NCBI GenBank assembly: GCA_033723415.1
Contig: JAWVXD010000002.1
Coordinates: forward strand, 224,001 to 288,000
Length of the DNA: 64,000 nt
Origin: Sulfurospirillaceae bacterium
GTDB taxonomy: Bacteria > Campylobacterota > Campylobacteria > Campylobacterales > Sulfurospirillaceae
Direction of reading: 5' to 3'
The translations under genes were made by a program, and so were the position numbers. Under the pieces are notes generated by a model, which saw only the letters and a program-made list of their open reading frames with translations, was not told the DNA's origin and made no database searches. Of the stretch, positions 61,419 through 64,000 are shown piece after piece (position 1 is the first letter of the stretch; every line of letters begins with the position of its first letter).

Positions 61419-63353
61419 TTACATTACAAATATTGTAGGAACAATAGTCGGATATTTTTTCATTTTTCTGAATATATGTTTTCTTACAACTTGTCTAAGC
61501 TCATTTTCCAAAGCTCTCTTATTTTCAAAAAGCTCTTTTTTCGCATTCACTGTAAATTGATCTATAACTCCTTCTATTTCTAGAGAGAATTTTCTATCGT
61601 CTTTATCAGAAACCAAACCATAACTTGCTACTTTTGGTCTATTTATTAATTTAAACTCTTTACCGTCGACTTGTGCTATGATCATGACAATACCGGAATC
61701 TGCCATCTTTTGTCTGTCCATAACAACATCATTTGCTATTTTTTCATTTAATTGATTGTCAACAAATACTTTACCTGTTTTTACGGTTTTGACTTTTTTC
61801 ATATATTTCGGGCAGACTTCTATCTGATCTCCATCACCCATCAATAGTATATTTTTTGGTTGAACTCCACACTGAATAGCCGTATCCTTGTGTTTGGATA
61901 TATGGTTATATTCACCATGTACAGGCAAAAAGAACTTAGGTTTTACAAGTCTGAGCATCAATTTTTGTTCTTCTTGCGCAGCATGACCGCTTACGTGTAT
62001 CTCACTAAAATCTTGATAAGCTACGCTTGCTCCGCTTTTAATAAGAAAATTAAGAACTTTTGAAACACTTCCTTCATTGCCCGGAATTGCCTTAGCCGAG
62101 ATAATAATCTGATCGCTTGGCTTGATCTTTATATGTCTGTGTTCATCTGTGGCCATTCTATAAAGTGCGGCCATAGTCTCGCCTTGACTTCCCGTTGTTA
62201 CTATTAAAACACTTTTGTCCGGATGCTTGTTAACTTCATGGGGATCGATAAAGATGCTCTTATCTAGATTTATATATCCAAAATCAATAGCGGTAAAAAG
62301 ATTTCTTTCCATAGATCTTCCTATGACACAGACTTTTCTTCCATATTTCAAACCGTATTCAATTGCTTGATAAACTCTATGAATGTTTGAAGAAAAAGTT
62401 GACATGATCACACGTCCCTGTGTTTTAGAAAAGATATAATCAAATGTCTTTCCTACAGTATTTTCACTTCTTGTCATACCTTCTTTATGTGAATTCGTAC
62501 TATCGCTTAAAAGACATAGAACACCTTTTTCGCCGTATTCTGAAAACCTGTGAAGATCACTAGGATATCCGTCTATAGGAGTATGATCTATCTTAAAATC
62601 TCCTGTATGGATTATAGTACCGGCTTCTGTAGTAATCGCAAGAGAAGAGGCATCTATGATAGAGTGAGTTATATGTATCCATTCAACTTCGATATCTCCG
62701 ATCCTGACTTTTTGTCTCTTGTGAACAGGTCTGAAATATTTTCTGTACTCTTTAAGCCCGTGTTCTTCAAATTTGTTTGATATCATTCCAAGAGGAAGAG
62801 GGGTGGCATATATAGGGAATTGCATCTCTTTATAAAGATAAGGCATAGCACCTATATGATCTTCATGAGCATGGGTTATAACAACACCCTTTATCTTTTT
62901 TTTAATTTGTCTTAGATATGTAAAATCAGGTATAAGTATATCTACACCATGCATATCTTCACTAGGGAAGCTCATCCCTACATCTACGACAATTGCGCTT
63001 GTATCGGTTTCTATAACCGTTATATTTCCACCTATTTCACCAAGTCCACCCAGTGGAGTGATTTTGATCTTTGCAGTAGTTTCAAGATTTAGAAGATTAA
63101 ATTTTTCAAGTCTGTTCTTGTGTATCTTATGGTTTGCTTCTATTGCCGATTTTATATCTTTTTGCCACTTTTCACCGCCGTCTATGACGCTTGGCTGATT
63201 CTTTGCACTCTTTTTTGAGTGTTTGTTGCCTTGTCGATTTGGATTTGGTCTTTTCTTTTGATGCTGTTGTGCATTACCTGCGGCATTTGGCTTTGTTTGA
63301 TTTTCTTGCTTAGTGCCTGTTTCATCTGTTTTATTTATCGTATTCTTTTCCAT
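61419..63353 (-). CDS. rnj: Ribonuclease J
   Basis: PLGGLGEIGGN, THAHEDHIG, TGSQGE, HVSGHA. Confidence 0.98.
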   Translation of the reverse strand: MEKNTINKTDETGTKQENQTKPNAAGNAQQHQKKRPNPNRQGNKHSKKSAKNQPSVIDGGEKWQKDIKSAIEANHKIHKNRLEKFNLLNLETTAKIKITPLGGLGEIGGNITVIETDTSAIVVDVGMSFPSEDMHGVDILIPDFTYLRQIKKKIKGVVITHAHEDHIGAMPYLYKEMQFPIYATPLPLGMISNKFEEHGLKEYRKYFRPVHKRQKVRIGDIEVEWIHITHSIIDASSLAITTEAGTIIHTGDFKIDHTPIDGYPSDLHRFSEYGEKGVLCLLSDSTNSHKEGMTRSENTVGKTFDYIFSKTQGRVIMSTFSSNIHRVYQAIEYGLKYGRKVCVIGRSMERNLFTAIDFGYINLDKSIFIDPHEVNKHPDKSVLIVTTGSQGETMAALYRMATDEHRHIKIKPSDQIIISAKAIPGNEGSVSKVLNFLIKSGASVAYQDFSEIHVSGHAAQEEQKLMLRLVKPKFFLPVHGEYNHISKHKDTAIQCGVQPKNILLMGDGDQIEVCPKYMKKVKTVKTGKVFVDNQLNEKIANDVVMDRQKMADSGIVMIIAQVDGKEFKLINRPKVASYGLVSDKDDRKFSLEIEGVIDQFTVNAKKELFENKRALENELRQVVRKHIFRKMKKYPTIVPTIFVM

Positions 63354-64000
63354 TTTGTACCTTAATTTTTAGGATTTCCCTAAATAAATTAAGATGATCG
63401 GTGACGCAAAGTTCATGAGGCCTAGAAGTTATCGAAATATTATTTTTTTTCAATAATTCTAAAGCACTTGTTTTATCGTAAGCAGAAGATATGTTTTTAA
63501 TCCAAGTTTTTCTAGGACTTGAAAAAGATACTCTAAGATATCTCTTAAATTCATTATAATCCGATTCATTGTCAAATAAAGAGTTTTGATCCCCGCTAAA
63601 TTCTTTTTTCTTTACAATGCTTACAATAGATGAAACTACTTTTGGCTGGGGCTCAAATGAGCTTGGATCCACGTCAAATAATAATTTTACATCTGCTATA
63701 CTTTGAGAAAGTATTGATAAAGAGCTAAATTCTTTTGTTTTAGGTAAAGCAGAAAATTTTTGTGCAACTTCTTTTTGAATCATGACAAGCATGGATTTGC
63801 ACATCTTATCTTCCAGCGCTTCTAGTATGATTTTTGTCGCAATATAATATGGTAAATTTGCAACTACATCGTAAGGCTCACCTTCTAGAGAGCCTTTTTG
63901 GAAGCACTCTAAAACATCACCTTCTACTAATTCTAGCCTATTTTCTTTTATCTCTTTGTGAAATTTTTTTCTCAAATGAACGCATAAGTCTTTATCGACC
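63331..64000 (-). CDS. rsmA: 16S rRNA dimethyltransferase, 5' end beyond the window
   Basis: VANLPYYI, MIQKEVA, F.PQPKV.S; the frame stays open to the window edge (VDKDLCVHLRKKF). Confidence 0.95.
   Translation of the reverse strand, partial: VDKDLCVHLRKKFHKEIKENRLELVEGDVLECFQKGSLEGEPYDVVANLPYYIATKIILEALEDKMCKSMLVMIQKEVAQKFSALPKTKEFSSLSILSQSIADVKLLFDVDPSSFEPQPKVVSSIVSIVKKKEFSGDQNSLFDNESDYNEFKRYLRVSFSSPRKTWIKNISSAYDKTSALELLKKNNISITSRPHELCVTDHLNLFREILKIKVQNGKEYDK

Overview
AT-rich chromosomal window from a free-living Campylobacterota (Epsilonproteobacteria); Sulfurospirillum/Sulfurimonas-like is my inference from gene order and protein style. Most of it is housekeeping: purN-nnr-comM-def-clpP-tig, folE-fliI, nifSU, rpsU, ccoG, thrS-infC-rpmI-rplT, lspA-glmM, rpsT-prfA, dapF-coaE, purM, hemY-rarA-rluB-kdsD-rnj-rsmA, plus six tRNA genes. 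Two accessory blocks sit at tRNA 3' ends. (1) 1-14.8 kb, downstream of tRNA-Leu: a 12-gene type II secretion cluster in rearranged order, followed by two lipoprotein genes. One encodes an Ig-like + DUF3494 ice-binding-family protein with a ~170-nt structured leader. The other is a >954-aa LVIVD-type beta-propeller protein that the ORF track missed because it runs off the window edge; it has a His at the same position in four successive blades. (2) 39-46.8 kb, between thrS and tRNA-Val: a LysR, a Urt/Ami-type ABC transporter, and an AtzG/GatC-like micro-protein with an amidase. Other notable items are a catalytically dead serine-recombinase-fold HTH protein heading the ccoG operon and candidate RNA leaders before thrS and rplT. 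No CRISPR array, integrase or IS was seen. All family calls come from motif recognition by eye, not database searches.
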